Virus record (IMG/VR): IMGVR_UViG_3300035498_000732
Span: 1-64,000 of that record
Strand: one strand, 5' to 3'
Length of the DNA stretch: 64,000 nt
From: a virus
Lineage: Duplodnaviria; Caudoviricetes
Part shown: one piece after another, positions 60,483-64,000 of the stretch
Numbering within the stretch: the first letter of the stretch is position 1
Layout of the letters: each line of letters opens with the position of its first letter
The notes under the pieces: model-generated
Databases searched by the model: none
Told to the model about the DNA's origin: nothing
What the model saw: the letters and a program-made list of their open reading frames with translations, nothing else
Position numbers and translations under genes: made by a program

Positions 60483-62972
60483 ATGTTTAATTTTACGCCT
60501 GATATGCTCTTAGAAAGTGAAATTACTATTCCTTCTATATCTCATTCTAAGCTTACTAATGAAAGTTATTTTTTGACAGCATTAGAGACTGTTCAAAGAA
60601 TCCAGGATGAGTATACCTCTGTTAAAAAGGAATTGTATGAGGGATTGATGAATGAATCATCTACTGATGATTTTAAACGTATATATTCTAAAGCATACGA
60701 AACATCGTTTCCTAGAAAGCAGGATATTACTGTGAAAGAATCTGAAGATTCTACTGAGTCTTTTATCAAGTATTTTTCAGATTCTATTAAAATCCTTAAT
60801 ACTGCTATAGGAAATATTTCTGGGGCTACTACTAGAATGGAGAATCAGATTCCTATTATTAATAAAGAATCTGCTCATATTATTGAAGCATGTGAAAAAG
60901 ATGCCAAGGATTGCCATTGCCCAATCTGCGGTAATTCTCCATGCACATGCAAAAATACTTCTGAAAAGCTTTTTAAATATGATACCAGTAGAGGTCTTCC
61001 AATTACTAGAATTGACTTTTCTTCAATGGAGAAAGTATGCTCTGGTATTGAATATGAAGATGTATACAAGAATATTACAGAAGAAGTCAATCTTGAATAT
61101 TCATTAAATAAATCTACTATGTGTGGATTAAATGAATCTGTTGAAGTATCTAGATCAAATTATGGCAGGGACATTTTAAATAGTTTTGGTTCATCTAAAA
61201 GATATAGTGTAAAAATTAATAAGAACTATATGGATTATTGCAATGAATCTGTATTAGGACTTAAAGAGCATGTATTATCTATAAAAGCTGAAGGTAAGAG
61301 AATTGCTAAATCTTTATCAGAAGCTGTAGATAGAATTGAAGCTGCAAAGAATGCCACTATCACAAATAGATACATCAGAGAAGATGGTACTGACTGCGAT
61401 TTAGATAATGATCAGGTGCAGAATCTTGATTTAGCTTGTAAGGCTAAAACTGATGAATGCATTAGCAAATGTAATGATGCTATCATGGCATTAGGTGCTA
61501 AGCTCGATATGCTGAATAGTGAGTTTAATCAATGCAAAGCAGTGATTGCTCAGTACTCATGTGGTCAGGATCAGCCTGTTGCATTACCTGAGCCAGAGGT
61601 TATTGATATTAGTCCTACTCCAACAGAGCCAACAGATAATGGTATTCCTGGAGCTATTCAAGAAGATCCAGATAGTGATGAGTTACCTCCAGAAGGAGAG
61701 TACGGGGATACAAGTGGAGAAGAGGATGATTTTGACTATGATGTAGATGATGATCGTCCATATTCAGAAGCATTAGAATTATTTGCTCTTGATACTATTA
61801 TTGGGGAGACCCAATTTGATGCATACATTAGAGACATTCTTAATGAATCATCTGATCTTTATATCACTGAAGGACTTATCTCTAGTGCTAAAGATGTTCT
61901 GAATAGAATCATGCAATTCTTGAAGAAGATCTGGGGTAAATTTACTAATTCCATGAATGCACTATTCGAAAATGATGTAAAGTATCTTGAAGAGAATAAG
62001 AATATTATTATTGGTAATACTCCTAAACGAGTAAAGATTGAGAATTGGTATGACTATAAGCTGGATAAGATCAACAATGCAGAGCTTAAAAATATCAACA
62101 ATAACTTTGTGGTTCTCCAATCAGCAAATGCAGCTGCGGTAGAATCCATGGCTACCAATAGTGTAGTTAAGAAATGTGGAGATCCGAAGAATGGAAAGAA
62201 TGATACATTTGCTACATATTTTAATGAGTATGAGAATACAAACTTTGCAAATACAGTAGATAAATTCAAATTCTACTTTAGAGAATCTCCAAAGACTCTT
62301 AATGCAAATACTCTTACACAGAAGCAAATGACTGCTATGTTTGATTATTGCTATTCATTTAAGGATAAAACTCTTAAGGTGTTAAAAGAAGAGATTAATT
62401 CAGTGAATGATATGCATGACAAAGCAAAGAACTCTCTTAATTTACTTGATGATCTTGTACCTGCAGAGGAAGAGAAGAAAGAAGGACAAAATGTAGAACA
62501 GAATAGTGCGAGAGTTGATTTTAGTAGCATTTATAATGACTATTTTGCTGAGGATATCGATATTACCAACAAAACAGCACCAGATAAAAATGTTACTACT
62601 AATGATTCTCCTACTAAAAATGCAGTCAATACTCAAGGCACAGATGATCAGGCTAAAGAAGTAGAAAAACGTAATAATGATGCTACACAAGATAATGTAA
62701 AAGCTAAAGGAATATCCAAGGATACCATCTCTATTATTAAGAATTACTATGATAATGTATTTGGTATGACTAAGGATTTTGTGTCTACTCGTCTTACTGT
62801 AGCAGAATCTGCTTACCGTGACTATATGAAATTATTCAGATGGCATGTTGGTGAGTATAAGGGTACCAAGGATAAGCAAGATTCCTCTGGTGATGTTGTT
62901 CAGCCTACCAATAATGGTGGTAAAAACAAAAACGAAGAGGATAATACAATTCCAGTTGAAGATGAGACGTAA
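60483..62972 (+). CDS. Large head-internal protein with many ES sites
   Basis: C-terminal module (TEG..LNRIMQFLKKIWGKF) resembles 58128/59279; Cys cluster. Confidence 0.6.
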   Translation: MFNFTPDMLLESEITIPSISHSKLTNESYFLTALETVQRIQDEYTSVKKELYEGLMNESSTDDFKRIYSKAYETSFPRKQDITVKESEDSTESFIKYFSDSIKILNTAIGNISGATTRMENQIPIINKESAHIIEACEKDAKDCHCPICGNSPCTCKNTSEKLFKYDTSRGLPITRIDFSSMEKVCSGIEYEDVYKNITEEVNLEYSLNKSTMCGLNESVEVSRSNYGRDILNSFGSSKRYSVKINKNYMDYCNESVLGLKEHVLSIKAEGKRIAKSLSEAVDRIEAAKNATITNRYIREDGTDCDLDNDQVQNLDLACKAKTDECISKCNDAIMALGAKLDMLNSEFNQCKAVIAQYSCGQDQPVALPEPEVIDISPTPTEPTDNGIPGAIQEDPDSDELPPEGEYGDTSGEEDDFDYDVDDDRPYSEALELFALDTIIGETQFDAYIRDILNESSDLYITEGLISSAKDVLNRIMQFLKKIWGKFTNSMNALFENDVKYLEENKNIIIGNTPKRVKIENWYDYKLDKINNAELKNINNNFVVLQSANAAAVESMATNSVVKKCGDPKNGKNDTFATYFNEYENTNFANTVDKFKFYFRESPKTLNANTLTQKQMTAMFDYCYSFKDKTLKVLKEEINSVNDMHDKAKNSLNLLDDLVPAEEEKKEGQNVEQNSARVDFSSIYNDYFAEDIDITNKTAPDKNVTTNDSPTKNAVNTQGTDDQAKEVEKRNNDATQDNVKAKGISKDTISIIKNYYDNVFGMTKDFVSTRLTVAESAYRDYMKLFRWHVGEYKGTKDKQDSSGDVVQPTNNGGKNKNEEDNTIPVEDET

Positions 62973-62976
62973 TATT

Positions 62977-63010
62977 AAGTCCTAGGGGTGATCCCTAGGA
63001 CTTTTTTCTT
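62977..63010. terminator. Terminator between convergent genes
   Basis: AAGTCCTAGGG/CCCTAGGACTT stem. Confidence 0.85.
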
Positions 63011-63011
63011 T

Positions 63012-64000
63012 TTATAGATTCTTGAAATCCACCATTAATCTTAGATATAAAGAAACTGTTGGTACAAAGTCTCCATCTTGTACTTGATATACTACTTGTT
63101 TTCTACTTAATACATATCTTCCGTCATATGCACTATTAGCCTTATAATTGCTAATCATGTATATCTTATTTGGAGTAAAATATCTTCCATTTACCAGATT
63201 TTTGGTTACAGATACAGTAGTATTATACTTCATCATTTTGAATTTAATTCTACTTGTCGAATCTTTAGTACGTACATATGATGTTCTTCCCGTATCACTA
63301 CTCAAAGTTACATCTACAGTATTACCTTTCTTATCTACTCCAACTACATCAGAGGTTTGCTTTGTCAATTTCTTATCTTTATCAAATGTACTATAATCTG
63401 CATCGCAATGCATAATATACATTCCACTACTACCATCAATATATAGTCCAGGAGTTGCAGTATCTGCATCAGTAGTATTATCTATATTAATCTTTACAGT
63501 AGAATAATCTCCACTACCATCAGGAACGTACACATCTTTCTCATTCAAAAAATAAGTGCAATTGAAATCATTAAAGAATCTATATCCATATAGATATATT
63601 GGATATAATTCATCTACATATTTTAAGTATTGAGATACTGTAGTAAGCGGAGGCATTATTGTGACTGGTAATTTTCTGGCAGCTATCTTATTTATACATA
63701 ACTTGCTAAAGTGTTTTAATCCCAAATATACAAGAGTACTCTTATTTATTTCAGAGTATATATTGTCTTTGAAATTCTTTCTATTCTTATTCAATATACC
63801 ATCATATACTAATCCTATTGTAACCCTGTTATATGCAGATTCACTACCATTACTTTCTGAGGCATCAGCAATCAAATCTTCATCAAAATCTACAGAGTTA
63901 GGCATAAAGTAAGTAAACTGTTGCTTTATATCTACTACACCACTAGGATTACTTTCATTCATATTATAATTCTTTATCTCAAGATATAATTTAGAATTAC
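63012..64000 (-). CDS. Putative baseplate hub protein, 5'-truncated by window
   Basis: Frame stays open to the window edge; C-terminal FTPNK.Y...YDGRYVL hub-like end. Confidence 0.55.
   Translation of the reverse strand, partial: NSKLYLEIKNYNMNESNPSGVVDIKQQFTYFMPNSVDFDEDLIADASESNGSESAYNRVTIGLVYDGILNKNRKNFKDNIYSEINKSTLVYLGLKHFSKLCINKIAARKLPVTIMPPLTTVSQYLKYVDELYPIYLYGYRFFNDFNCTYFLNEKDVYVPDGSGDYSTVKINIDNTTDADTATPGLYIDGSSGMYIMHCDADYSTFDKDKKLTKQTSDVVGVDKKGNTVDVTLSSDTGRTSYVRTKDSTSRIKFKMMKYNTTVSVTKNLVNGRYFTPNKIYMISNYKANSAYDGRYVLSRKQVVYQVQDGDFVPTVSLYLRLMVDFKNL

Noticed and set aside
1-64000. tRNA genes, CRISPR arrays, stop-codon recoding
   Set aside because: No cloverleaf or repeat-spacer pattern seen. 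TAA, TAG and TGA all end genes normally. The stop at 293 is explained by the intron.

Overview
AT-rich 64-kb segment of an AR9/PBS1-like (phiKZ-related) jumbo myophage, standard genetic code, with strong Shine-Dalgarno sites suggesting a Firmicutes host. It encodes two split multisubunit RNA polymerase beta' pieces (the N-terminal one interrupted by a group I intron running off the left edge), baseplate/tail genes, a 3524-aa tape-measure protein with three cell-wall hydrolase domains, head-internal proteins, RNase H, a RusA-like resolvase, a short PolB-like protein, a kinase-like protein and many accessory ORFs. Two promoter classes are readable: early TATA(T/A)TATA-type and late (A)ACA-N6-TA. 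Most notable: (1) a conserved leader + variable cargo + tail protein cassette, one member carrying a YezG/EsaG-like (DUF600) nuclease-immunity domain; (2) several intergenic RNA candidates that display anti-Shine-Dalgarno sequences; (3) a three-copy promoter + covarying structured leader driving unrelated genes; (4) two paralogous genes each enclosed by terminal inverted repeats; (5) a divergent pair of U32-like paralogs; (6) a Q/Y/P prion-like protein coupled to a kinase. All family calls come from motif recognition by eye; no database searches were run.
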